From Myxococcota bacterium (GTDB lineage: Bacteria; Myxococcota_A; Polyangia; Nannocystales; Nannocystaceae), in contig JBCCWC010000002.1 in NCBI GenBank assembly GCA_039194325.1, positions 128,001-192,000 of the forward strand: a DNA stretch of 64,000 nucleotides, given 5' to 3'. Under the pieces are notes generated by a model that saw only the letters and a program-made list of their open reading frames with translations, ran no database searches and was not told the origin of the DNA. The number at the start of each line of letters is the position of its first letter. Positions within the stretch are counted from its first letter, which is position 1. The position numbers were made by a program, and so were the translations under genes. Shown here one piece after another: positions 19,601 to 28,963 of the stretch.

Positions 19601-20365
19601 TTAGGGGACGCCAGCGATGGTGGCGTGGTTGCGGATGAAGTCGTAGGCCTCGCGAGCGCTCTCGGTGTCGTCCAGCCCGCCCACGCCGCCGTGGGTGGTG
19701 TTGGCCATGAGCTTGATCTCCGAGCGATCGGCGTCGACGTTGGGGTTGGGCTGCGTGAAGTTGATGCGGATGAAGCCCTTTTGCGCCATCGTACGGTCGC
19801 CGGCGACCACGTGGGCGAAGTACTTGACGGTGTCGATGTCCTCGGCCCAGTCGCGGTCGACGGGGGACGCGGCCTGGATCATGGCCACCGAATCGAACAA
19901 GCCCACGTACTTGATCGGGGGGAGCTCGCCGTCCTTGATCACGTTGTTCAGGGTGCGGAAGCGCCGACCTCGCTGGGTCTGGTAGGGATCTCGGCGAGAG
20001 TTGGTCTCGCGCAGGGACGTCAGCCCCTCGGTGAGCTCGCTGATGATCGCCGCGCCGCGGCTCCAGCCCACCATCACGATCTCCTCGCAATTGCCGCTGT
20101 TGACCTCGCGCTCGATCGCGCGCAGCACGCTGAAGTAGAGCTGGTACGAGTCATTGCCGGTGGCTCCGAGCATGGTGTCGCCGTCGCCGCCAGGGCCCGC
20201 AAAGTAGAACTTCTTATTGTCGGTATACGCACACTCCTCGTAGAAGCGGCGGGTGTTGGAGCGACCCGACTCCAGCGTGCCCACCGGGCGCCCCGAGACG
20301 TCCTCTCCGAGGGCTTCGGCGTTGAAATTTAGCGACCAGGTACCGTCAACGGCAAACAGACACAT
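19601..20365 (-). CDS. DUF2235/Tle1-like alpha/beta hydrolase, copy 1
   Basis: AVDGT, SNTRR, GWSRGAA nucleophile elbow, VGLFDSV, HGGVGG; GGAGG RBS. Confidence 0.85.
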   Translation of the reverse strand: MCLFAVDGTWSLNFNAEALGEDVSGRPVGTLESGRSNTRRFYEECAYTDNKKFYFAGPGGDGDTMLGATGNDSYQLYFSVLRAIEREVNSGNCEEIVMVGWSRGAAIISELTEGLTSLRETNSRRDPYQTQRGRRFRTLNNVIKDGELPPIKYVGLFDSVAMIQAASPVDRDWAEDIDTVKYFAHVVAGDRTMAQKGFIRINFTQPNPNVDADRSEIKLMANTTHGGVGGLDDTESAREAYDFIRNHATIAGVP

Positions 20366-20484
20366 CGGGCGTAGCGACCTCCGCGTCGAACCACGCAGCT
20401 CGAACGGCTTTCTTCACAGGAATTGGACGTCGGCGTGGACCGTCATCGGGGACGGCGAGTCCAAGATCGGCACGCGTGGGCGGC

Positions 20485-21153
20485 TCAGAGGACGCCGGCG
20501 ATGGTCGCGTGGTTGCGAATGTAGTCGTACGAGGTCTGGGCGTGCGCGGTGCTGTCGTCGCCGCCCACGCCGCCGTGGGTGGCGTTGGCGAGGTGGAAGA
20601 CCTCTTGACGTCCGGCCTTGATGAGTGGATCGGCGGCTCGGAAGTCCACGCCCCACACGGGACCCGTGCGATCGCCGGCGACCACGTGGGCGAAGTACTG
20701 GACATTGGAGGTGATGTCCTCACCCCACCGGCGGTCGACCGGCGAGCTGCGCCAGATCATGGCGACCGAGTCGAACAGGCCCACGAACTTGATCGGCGGG
20801 ACCGCGCCCTCCTTGCGAGCCGCGAGCCCCTCGGCGACCTCGCTGATGATCGCCGCGCCGCGGCTCCAGCCCACGAAGGCGAGCTCGTCGCAGTTCTTCT
20901 TCTTGATCTGCTCGTCGATGCACTTGACGACGTTCCGGTAGATCCGGGGGGAGTCGTTCCCCGACATCCCGTAGCCCGGCCCGACGAAGTAGAACTTCTT
21001 GGTGTCAGGATAGGCGCTCTCCTCATAGAACCGGCGCGCATTGGAGCGGATGTCCTCGCTCTTCTTGCCGATCGGGCGACCTACGTAGTCCTTCCCTTTG
21101 TTTTTGTTGTTGAAATTGAACGACCAGGTTCCATCCACGACAATCAGGCACAT
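20485..21153 (-). CDS. DUF2235/Tle1-like alpha/beta hydrolase, copy 2
   Basis: Same motifs; start MCLIVVDGT by alignment with copy 1; GGAGG RBS. Confidence 0.85.
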   Translation of the reverse strand: MCLIVVDGTWSFNFNNKNKGKDYVGRPIGKKSEDIRSNARRFYEESAYPDTKKFYFVGPGYGMSGNDSPRIYRNVVKCIDEQIKKKNCDELAFVGWSRGAAIISEVAEGLAARKEGAVPPIKFVGLFDSVAMIWRSSPVDRRWGEDITSNVQYFAHVVAGDRTGPVWGVDFRAADPLIKAGRQEVFHLANATHGGVGGDDSTAHAQTSYDYIRNHATIAGVL

Positions 21154-21385
21154 TGGGCGGGGGTTCCTCCGCTCCCAACCACGCGGACGCAATCTGATTT
21201 CTTCACGGCATTGTGCACCGGTTGAACGAGAAAACTGGTTGCAGAGCCGGTGCGCGGAATCGTGGCCCGATCGAGTACACCCCTCGCTGCATTGGTGAGT
21301 CGAGGTGCCGTTTTTTCGGGGCATATCGCCCCGGCGGTGGGGGGGTTTTGGTACCGGTGGCCCGTGGCCGGTGCGGTCGCCGAGC

Positions 21386-22576
21386 TCAGTGCAGGTGCTT
21401 GCTGACCTCGAAGGTCTCGCTGCCGTATCCTTGCGAGAGTAGACGGCGCACCCAGGGGCGGCGGTACCAGCCTCGCTCCACCAGTGGAACCATGGCGTGC
21501 TGGATCCCACAGCGGGTGAGGGCAGTCAGCCCCAGGTTGGCGATGCACTTGAGGCGATAACGAAGCGCGACCCGCTCGTCGATTCCTCGGCCCCTGTCTT
21601 TGCCCCAACCCCAGCCCTGGCCCCGGCCGGTGAGGGCCCGCACCGCCGTTCGGGCGGCGAGCGTCCCGCTGTGCAGCGCCTGGTAGATCCCCTCGCCCGA
21701 GAGCGGATCGATCGCCCACGCTGCGTCGCCGCAGGTCAGCAGGCCGGGGCCGGCGGGAGGCCAGGGGCGGGTCATGATGGGTAGTGCCCAGGTGCGGAGG
21801 CGGCCGTGCGCGGTCGATGACGCCAGCCGCTCGGGGTGGGCGGCCACGAAGCGCTGGAGCAACTCGGGGAGCGTATGGCGGTGGGCGCCGAAGTGGTCGG
21901 CCCGCTGGTATACGCCGATGTTGGACAGGCCCTCCACGGCGGGGAAGATCCAGCCGTAGCCGCACGGCAGATCCGGCTCGAAGTAGTGCTCGTTGGTGGC
22001 CGTATCGGAGCCGAAGTCGACGTTGCGATGGTAGGCGGTGATCGCCACGGCCAGCTGGGGCCCGCGGCGGTAGGGGATCCCACACGCAGTCCAAGCCAGC
22101 GAGCCCGGGCCGTCGGCGGCGATCACCGCCTGGGCGTGCACGGTCAGCCCGTCGGCCTCGGCGCCCGTGGTGCGCCCGTGGTGCGTGGTGAGGCGTCGGA
22201 CCTTGATCCCTTGGCGTAGGTGCGCGCCCGCGTGCTCGAGGGCGGCGCGGAGCAGGTCGTCGAGGTGGAGCCGAGGGACGATGAAGCCCGGGGCGTCGTC
22301 AAAGCGGTGGACCACCCGGCTGCCGTCGGGGAACACGGCGGCCCCGGCTCGGACCTCGGCGTGGGGGATCCGGCGCAGCGCCTCGGGTTGCCCCGTGAGC
22401 TCGTCGATGATGGCCGATGCTCGGTTGGAGACCGCGTCACCGCAGGTCTTGGGGCGCGGGAAGGTGGCGCGATCGAGCACGAGCACGCGCAGGCCCGCTC
22501 GGGCGGCGATGATCCCCGCGGCGCAGCCGGCCGGGCCCGCGCCGACCACGAGCAGATCGCAGCGCTCGTGGCTCAC
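21386..22576 (-). CDS. Geranylgeranyl-reductase-family FAD-dependent oxidoreductase
   Basis: VVGAGPAG, FPRPKTCGD, IAADG, GYGWIFP, GDAA..IDPLSGEGIYQAL; GTG overlaps upstream stop. Confidence 0.92.
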   Translation of the reverse strand: MSHERCDLLVVGAGPAGCAAGIIAARAGLRVLVLDRATFPRPKTCGDAVSNRASAIIDELTGQPEALRRIPHAEVRAGAAVFPDGSRVVHRFDDAPGFIVPRLHLDDLLRAALEHAGAHLRQGIKVRRLTTHHGRTTGAEADGLTVHAQAVIAADGPGSLAWTACGIPYRRGPQLAVAITAYHRNVDFGSDTATNEHYFEPDLPCGYGWIFPAVEGLSNIGVYQRADHFGAHRHTLPELLQRFVAAHPERLASSTAHGRLRTWALPIMTRPWPPAGPGLLTCGDAAWAIDPLSGEGIYQALHSGTLAARTAVRALTGRGQGWGWGKDRGRGIDERVALRYRLKCIANLGLTALTRCGIQHAMVPLVERGWYRRPWVRRLLSQGYGSETFEVSKHLH

Positions 22577-24177
22577 GGCTGCTCGCCGGGGAGGAGATCG
22601 GTCGGGGTGCTGCGGTAGATGAAGGTCCCCAGCTCGGTGGTGAAGGACCACTGCGGGGTGCCGGAGGTGCGCTCGTCGATCTCGCGGACTCGGGCGTAGG
22701 AGACGTCGAAGCCGTCGTCCATGTCGATCGACGAGTCGGTGACCAGGATGCTGCCGTCGGGGAGACGATCAGCGTCGCCGGCGATCGGGGCCATGAAATC
22801 CTCAGCGTCGTCGGCCCATACCTGGGTGACGGTCATGGCCTCGGTGTCCACCGCGTAGCGCACGGCGCGGGAGGTCTCGAAGGTGTCGGGCAGCGTGGGG
22901 TTGCCCCGACCGTTGTCGTAGAGCAGCAGCGTGCCGTCGTCCTGCCACTGCGGGGAGTGCTGGTGAAAGGGCCACAGGCCCGCAGTGAGGGTGAAGTCGC
23001 CCTCGTCGCCCAGGCGCCACAGCACGTCGCCCGTGGCCCGGTCGATCTGGACGAGCCAGTCCTGGTGGCGCAGGCAGATGAGGACCGTATCGTCGTCGGG
23101 GTCGTAGAGCAGGGCGTTGCCGTGGGTCCAGTCGCTGGCGAAGGTCATCGTCTGGGGATCGAAGACCGGCTCGTCGAAGTCGGCGCGGCGGCGCTGGGGG
23201 TCGAGGTGATCGAAGGCATCCCACTCCCACACGACGTCGCCGTCGGGGGTGATCTCTACGATCAGATCTCCCGCCACGTAGGTCGTGCCCAGGTCGGGGT
23301 ACTCGATGTCGCGGAAGCTGTAGCTCAGGGCGAGGAAGTTGCCGTTGGGGAGCTCGATGACTTCGTGGTGCAAGCCGGGCAGGCTGAGGTCTTGGGAGCT
23401 GAGGTTGACTTGCTCGACGCCCATCTCGTCGATGACGAAGATCGAGAAGTTGCGCAGGTAGAGCAGGGTGCCGTCGGGGCGCAGCTTGGCGCCGGCGAAC
23501 ACGGCGCCCGGGCCGATCACTCCGTCGCTGCGCTCCATGTACCAGCGGGTGATCCCCTGGGTGTCGACCACGAAGAGCGACGAGGGACTGTCGGGGGTCA
23601 AGCCCAGCAGATCGAAGAGCACGAATCCGCCATAGCCGGCGCCGCTGCCCCCGATCTCGAACGAGGGGATGAAGCCGGGCAGGGGGGTTTCGGTGGTGAT
23701 GAGCAGGTCGCCTTCGTCGGTGCGGGCTTGCTCGTCGGTCACCGACCAGTTGACGATGTGGCCAGTCGCGGGGGAGAGCCCCCGGACGCGGACCCAGGTC
23801 TGGTCGGGGAGGCCGGGGATCGGGCCGGTGCGGATCCCGGGGTCGGTGCTGTGATCGATGACGACCTCGAGGTTGGGGGCAGAGAAGCCCAGGTCGACCA
23901 CCATCGGCTGGTTGGGATAGGTGTAGACCTCGACGTCGACCTCTAGCGGAGGCAGGGGCTCGCCGGTGGTGCTGCTGCCCTCGCTGGTGGAGTCGGGGTC
24001 GGGGGGAGTGGGGACCGCGGTGGTGGAGCTGTCGGCCGGGGGCGGCGGCGTGCCGCTCGAGCTGCTGTCCATCATCATGGGCGGCGAGGAGTCGTCGCCG
24101 CAGCCGAGCGCGAGGAGCAGCGTTGTCAGGCCGCGGCGAGCGCGGGCCGAGCATCCGAGGTCGAGCCAGGAGTCCAC
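22573..24177 (-). CDS. Aryl-sulfate sulfotransferase (ASST) family lipoprotein
   Basis: Lipobox LGC; HHEVIELPNGNFL, DWTHGNAL, HQHSP, YDNG, ADRLPDG. Confidence 0.9.
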   Translation of the reverse strand: MDSWLDLGCSARARRGLTTLLLALGCGDDSSPPMMMDSSSSGTPPPPADSSTTAVPTPPDPDSTSEGSSTTGEPLPPLEVDVEVYTYPNQPMVVDLGFSAPNLEVVIDHSTDPGIRTGPIPGLPDQTWVRVRGLSPATGHIVNWSVTDEQARTDEGDLLITTETPLPGFIPSFEIGGSGAGYGGFVLFDLLGLTPDSPSSLFVVDTQGITRWYMERSDGVIGPGAVFAGAKLRPDGTLLYLRNFSIFVIDEMGVEQVNLSSQDLSLPGLHHEVIELPNGNFLALSYSFRDIEYPDLGTTYVAGDLIVEITPDGDVVWEWDAFDHLDPQRRRADFDEPVFDPQTMTFASDWTHGNALLYDPDDDTVLICLRHQDWLVQIDRATGDVLWRLGDEGDFTLTAGLWPFHQHSPQWQDDGTLLLYDNGRGNPTLPDTFETSRAVRYAVDTEAMTVTQVWADDAEDFMAPIAGDADRLPDGSILVTDSSIDMDDGFDVSYARVREIDERTSGTPQWSFTTELGTFIYRSTPTDLLPGEQP

Positions 24178-24247
24178 GACCGGACTCTACCCGCTGCGAC
24201 CCGGCCGGGGCGAGCCCGACCGGGGTGCGGTGGACCACGGGGGGCGC

Positions 24248-24880
24248 CTAGCGCTTGCCTGGGTCGTCAGCCTCGTTGGATCGATCGTCATCATCGAGGT
24301 CGTCGTCGAGTTCATCGGACGGTTTCAACACTGCCCGTAGAATGCTCCCTCCCACGCCTAATCCCGCGCTTGCAACGAACAGACCGATACCCAGGGTGAT
24401 GTTGCCGACGAGAATGCACGCCACCGCGACGGAGGCGGTGAGGCAAGCGCCAACGACCATCCCTACGACTCTTGCTCGATGCTCGAATGCAAGGCTCCTG
24501 TCTGCTCGATCTTCGCGGCGCAGAGCAAGCGCGCGAAGTTGGCGGCTGTCCGCGATCTGCTCGCGCCGCCGGAATTGCTGCTCATCCTGGACCATGCTCA
24601 GCACGAGGTCGTGCACTTTGGGATCGTGCTCATGGTAAGCACGGAGCATCTGTGGAAGCGGCAGTGGGCTGAGAGAGAGGCCGCTTTGTTGGTGTCCTGA
24701 ATGGACGACGACCTCCGTGAGCTTCGCCGCGAGAGAGTCGACGGCCTCGGGTGACGTCCCTACTTCCGCGAGAGCTCGGTCGGGGCCGCCTTCGGATCCA
24801 TCCGTCAAGCGAGCGACGTCGGTTGGCGTCTGCGTTTTGGCGAGTGCGTGACTGGGATCGCTCGCGGGTTCATCCGTCAC
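24248..24880 (-). CDS. DUF2335-like membrane protein
   Basis: PLPLPQMLRAY..P...VLSMVQDEQQFR followed by two TMs. Confidence 0.65.
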   Translation of the reverse strand: MTDEPASDPSHALAKTQTPTDVARLTDGSEGGPDRALAEVGTSPEAVDSLAAKLTEVVVHSGHQQSGLSLSPLPLPQMLRAYHEHDPKVHDLVLSMVQDEQQFRRREQIADSRQLRALALRREDRADRSLAFEHRARVVGMVVGACLTASVAVACILVGNITLGIGLFVASAGLGVGGSILRAVLKPSDELDDDLDDDDRSNEADDPGKR

Positions 24881-25095
24881 GCAAGCGACCTCCGATCTAC
24901 ACGCATGACGGCTCTTCGAGCGTCAGCGTCTAGCCTCCGGAGGTCCCGGTCCAACGACTCGAGAGGCGTAGGTTGGCGTCTCGACTTGCTAGACGAACGA
25001 CGAGGAGGGTACTGAAGCCGAGTGTCTGCGAGTCCCAGACTCATGCCCGCGAGGAGGCCATTGAGGAACGCGGCGATGGCGTCTCGTCCAGACAC
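24877..25095 (-). CDS. Small hypothetical protein coupled to the DUF2335-like gene
   Basis: 72 aa ATG ORF (AFLNGLLAG...LDRDLRRL), stop overlaps next start. Confidence 0.55.
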   Translation of the reverse strand: MSGRDAIAAFLNGLLAGMSLGLADTRLQYPPRRSSSKSRRQPTPLESLDRDLRRLDADARRAVMRVDRRSLA

Positions 25096-25254
25096 ATGGG
25101 TAGTGTGAAACTTGTCCGCGATACAGCCAACTCGGTGGGAATCCCAGCCGAAGGACGGGCTTGAGCGGGGATGAGTAGGCGAATACTGGCAGGCTCTAAC
25201 TTGGCGAGGATTGCGCGCCAGGAGAGGCGCGGAAATAGCGCACTGGTCTGCCGG

Positions 25255-25388
25255 CTACGTGGTGCTGGCAATTGTTTGCGGCAACGGCCGCTCATCGCGC
25301 AGCAATGCCTTGTGCAGGCGTGCTCGTGCTCGATGGCGCGAGCGCGGGCCTCGATCCCGTCGTAGATGACCTGAAGGCGGGTGGTCAC
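25255..25388 (-). pseudogene. Possible 5' remnant of a YkgJ-family cysteine-cluster gene
   Basis: GTG overlapping upstream stop: VTTRLQVIYDGIEARARAIEHEHACTRHCC, then non-coding-looking sequence. Confidence 0.35.
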
Positions 25389-26653
25389 TGTCGAGGTAGC
25401 CCGTGGACGGCCGCCGGCGGCAGCTGAGGATAGGACGTGGGCTTGCCCGGCTCGATGGTGGGCCCAATGGTGGTGTTGTGGCGGTAGGGCCCGCGGACGA
25501 CCGTGACGACGCCCCCCCCCACGATGAAGTTGTAACCCCGTCCGTCCCAAGGATTCTCGGGGCGGCGCCCAAAGCTCAGCGCGAGCTCGGCGGTGGTGGG
25601 ATCACGACCGAGCGTGTGGCGCAGCTGTCGACCACGCAGGCGGGCGAGCAGGGTGATGCGGACGTCGCTGAGCAGCGCGGCGCGGTTGATCTGGTTGCCG
25701 ATCACCCGCGCCAGGATCGCGGTGGGGGGGTGAAGCATGTCCAGCCGAACAAAGGGATCGGCGGCCCGCTGAATGCTGCGCCCCAGGGGGCGCCGGGTAC
25801 AGCCGGAGATCATGCCATCGTAGATCTCGCGCAGCTCATTCCATACCGATCGGTCGAGGCTCCCCGGCTTTTGCGGGGTTCGCCAGGTTCGCATGGCGAA
25901 GTCCAGCCCGAAGCGCCGGGCCATGGCCTCTCGCTCTCGCTGCCCAAAATGCACCCGGAAGCCGATCACCGCCAGTGTGAGCAGATCGTGGCGGAGTGCG
26001 GCACAGATCACCGGTTGCGACACAAAGGCGGCGTCGAGCGCCTCGACCAGCGCGGTGATCGTGCTGGGCGGGGGTGGGTGCGTGTCGAGCAGGTCGTTCA
26101 CCCAGCGCAGCATGTCCTGCATGCCGAGGTGCTCGTCGACGCCGGGACCCACCGGTGCCTGGTAGAGCGTCAGCCCGTCGACCACGTGGGCCCAGCCCTC
26201 GTCGGCGCGATCGTGCTCGATCAGGTGGGATCCTTTGAGCATGTAGAGGTTGCCCACCAGGCCGCGAGCGTCCTCGAAATCGGGCTCGGTCTTCAGGTCG
26301 ATCCGCGTGAAGTCCTGTACCACGCAGCGATAGTCGTCGGCACGCCCGAGCATGGGGAACGCCATGAGGCGCTCGAGCAGCTGCGGGGTCGCGGGCGTGG
26401 TGTACTCGCGGATCCGGGCGCGCAGCTCGAGGGCCATGGGCACCAGGCCTCGCACACGCTCTACCTTGACTGCGCGATCGGGGCAGGGCACGCGGGTCCA
26501 GCCGCGGTCCCGAGGGGCGAGCCGCTCGTGGAACTCGTCGGCGATCCGAGGGTCGACCCCGACCCCGCAGGCCAGCGCGATCCAGGCGACGAGTAGCCCC
26601 AAAAGCATGCTCGTCCGAACTCGTCGGTGGATCGGGGTCGTGACCATGACCAT
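25385..26653 (-). CDS. Hypothetical lipoprotein
   Basis: Lipobox ALAC; C-terminal PENPWDGRGYNF recalls pseudopilin GspG-type tails; start 26653 or 26608. Confidence 0.7.
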   Translation of the reverse strand: MVMVTTPIHRRVRTSMLLGLLVAWIALACGVGVDPRIADEFHERLAPRDRGWTRVPCPDRAVKVERVRGLVPMALELRARIREYTTPATPQLLERLMAFPMLGRADDYRCVVQDFTRIDLKTEPDFEDARGLVGNLYMLKGSHLIEHDRADEGWAHVVDGLTLYQAPVGPGVDEHLGMQDMLRWVNDLLDTHPPPPSTITALVEALDAAFVSQPVICAALRHDLLTLAVIGFRVHFGQREREAMARRFGLDFAMRTWRTPQKPGSLDRSVWNELREIYDGMISGCTRRPLGRSIQRAADPFVRLDMLHPPTAILARVIGNQINRAALLSDVRITLLARLRGRQLRHTLGRDPTTAELALSFGRRPENPWDGRGYNFIVGGGVVTVVRGPYRHNTTIGPTIEPGKPTSYPQLPPAAVHGLPRQ

Positions 26654-26719
26654 GACCGTGTCGTTGGGGCTCGCGGTGGCGGTCGGGGTCAGCAGAGGGG
26701 AGGCACGGGTCGGCGCCCA

Positions 26720-28963
26720 CTAGCCCGAGATCACCGGAAGGTGCCTCGGGGCTCGCACGGGCTCAGGGAGCGGCTCGGTGGGTCTCGCGGGTCGAGATAC
26801 CCGGGGGGGAGCTTCGGTCCGTGCGGGCACGAAGCGCACCTGGTGGTGCCACTGGTACTCCACCCGGTCGTCGAGCAGCACCATGCGACATAGCCGCTGC
26901 ACCCCCTCGTGCCAAAGAGGCGCCACCACCACCGTGCCTGTCGCCAAGGCCTCGCGCCATGATGATGGGAGGCGATCGAGGCAAAACCCCACCGCCACCT
27001 TGCGGGCGTGGCGGGCCCCGGCCGGCCATTGCTCTGGCGTGAGGGCGTTGGCGGCGACGCAGGTCACCCCCCGCGGGGTCAGCTCGATGTGGGCGTGCTC
27101 CACCAGGGTCGGATCGATCTCCACGGCGAGCACCTCGCCGTGCTCGCCGACCAGCTCGCGCAGCAGGGCTGCGCCGTAGCCGGTGCCCGAGCCCAGGTCG
27201 AGCACTCGATCTCCAGGCTGCACCTTGAGCAGGCGGTACGTCGAGGCATACGCATGCAGAGCGCTCACCGTGGCCAGCCCGCTGTCGTCCAGGGGGATCG
27301 CCACGTCGCGGGTGCTGTCGTCGATGCTCTCCACCGGGACGAAGCGCTCGCGCGGGACCACGTCGATCGCATCGAGGATCGGGTGGTCCACGGGCAACAG
27401 GGCGGCCTCGGCCACCGCCTCCCGGGTACGGGCTCGGCGGGCCCGGGCCACCTCGGCGAGGGCGACGTGATCTCGACGCTTGCGCTGTGCCTGGGCGCGT
27501 CGGCCCAGGTAGCCGTGCCAGGCGTAGTATCGCTCGAGGGCGGGCAGGCGCGCGGCCGGTCGGGCCCAGGCGAGCTGATCGCGGATCGCCCCCAAGAAAT
27601 ACCGACGAGCCCCGCCGCGATAGACGAACCTGTCCTCGATCTGCGCCAGGATCGGCGTGAGCAGCTCGCTCTGCAGCGCCTCCCGGCCGGCCCAGTCGAG
27701 CTCGGCGCTGGGGTCGACCCACTCCGAGAGAAACTCGGGGTCACCGTCGTCCCACCAGTGGGGCCGATGGAATCGAGTGCCGAAGCGCTCCTCGTAGTAG
27801 GCGCGGTCGGCATCGATCGGCGAGCCGGGATACAGGCGAAAGGGGTCGACCGACAAGAAGCCGGTGGTGCCTCGCTCGCGCAGGAACAGCCGCCGTAGGT
27901 ACTGCGCGCTGCGGGCCATGGTGTCTGGCGTCTCCCCGGGATGTCCGCAGATCACGTTGGCCCCCCAGGGCACGTCGTGCTCGCGGGCTCGCTCGGCGAT
28001 GTGCTCCATGCGCTCGAGGTAGTCGTCCAGGCGCCCCGACTTGCGGATCGTGGCCAGCAGGCTCGGATCGCCCGACTCCAGCCCGAAGCCCAGGCCGCAG
28101 TTGGCGGCGCCGAACAGCCGAAGATCCTCGTCTTCGACCAGGTCGACCCGAATGAGCAGCCAGTACTTGTCCACTGGGATCTGACGCTGGGCCAGGCCCT
28201 CGAGGAACTCGCGACGCCAGCGCTTGCGCATGCCGAAGAGCGCGTCGCCGAAGTAGAGGGTCCAGGTGCGCAGGTCGAGGAAGCGGTGCAGGCTCTCGAT
28301 CTCGTCGAGGGCGCGCTCCACCGGCAAGCTGCGCCACGAGGTCTCCCGCTTGGCGCGTTCCATGCAAAATGCACAGTCGAACGGGCAGCCGCGCGACAGG
28401 TACACCTGGGCCTGGGAGGCGTAGCGGCGCGCGACGTCGCGGTATCGCGACAGCAGCGTCCAGTCGGAGGGCGGCAGCACCTCCAGCCGGTCGATCGCCT
28501 CGGGGCCCAGCACCACCTGGCGCAGGGGGGCCCCGCCGGCCACCGACTCTACGATCTGCGCCAGCGGTCGCTCGCCCTCGCCCACCACCACCACGTCGAA
28601 GGGCGAGCCGTCGGCAATGTACTCGAGCGGTCGGGCGCTGGGGTGATAGCCGCCGGCCACGATCACCGCCTGGGGCCAGCGATCGCGAACCATCTGGGCG
28701 AGCGCCCCACACAAAAGGTGATCGAAGGACGAGTAGACCGACAGCGCGACCACGTCGTAGCCCCGGCCGTCGTCCCCGGCGAGCACCTGGGCCAGATCGG
28801 TGCCGAGCCGGCGCTCGATCGCCAGATCGCGGATGTCCACCTGAACCCGGGCCTGCGTGCGCAGGTACGTGCCCAGCAGCACCAGCTGGGGCACGCCGAA
28901 GTTGCCGGCGGCCGCGCCCTCGCTTCCGGGCCACAGCAGCAAGACTCGCACCGGGGGTCTCAC
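26720..28963 (-). CDS. B12-binding-type radical SAM protein fused to a PIMT/PCMT-like methyltransferase
   Basis: GGYHPS, VVGEGE, SRGCPFDCAFC, GLESG; C-terminal VPRERFVP..TVSA..VLDLGSGTGYGAALL..VEID; GTG overlaps upstream stop. Confidence 0.92.
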   Translation of the reverse strand: MRPPVRVLLLWPGSEGAAAGNFGVPQLVLLGTYLRTQARVQVDIRDLAIERRLGTDLAQVLAGDDGRGYDVVALSVYSSFDHLLCGALAQMVRDRWPQAVIVAGGYHPSARPLEYIADGSPFDVVVVGEGERPLAQIVESVAGGAPLRQVVLGPEAIDRLEVLPPSDWTLLSRYRDVARRYASQAQVYLSRGCPFDCAFCMERAKRETSWRSLPVERALDEIESLHRFLDLRTWTLYFGDALFGMRKRWRREFLEGLAQRQIPVDKYWLLIRVDLVEDEDLRLFGAANCGLGFGLESGDPSLLATIRKSGRLDDYLERMEHIAERAREHDVPWGANVICGHPGETPDTMARSAQYLRRLFLRERGTTGFLSVDPFRLYPGSPIDADRAYYEERFGTRFHRPHWWDDGDPEFLSEWVDPSAELDWAGREALQSELLTPILAQIEDRFVYRGGARRYFLGAIRDQLAWARPAARLPALERYYAWHGYLGRRAQAQRKRRDHVALAEVARARRARTREAVAEAALLPVDHPILDAIDVVPRERFVPVESIDDSTRDVAIPLDDSGLATVSALHAYASTYRLLKVQPGDRVLDLGSGTGYGAALLRELVGEHGEVLAVEIDPTLVEHAHIELTPRGVTCVAANALTPEQWPAGARHARKVAVGFCLDRLPSSWREALATGTVVVAPLWHEGVQRLCRMVLLDDRVEYQWHHQVRFVPARTEAPPRVSRPARPTEPLPEPVRAPRHLPVISG

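Noticed and set aside
15771..22576. Archaeal-type ether lipid pathway from UbiA plus GGR-family genes
   Set aside because: No GGGP synthase or G1P dehydrogenase seen; both families are functionally broad
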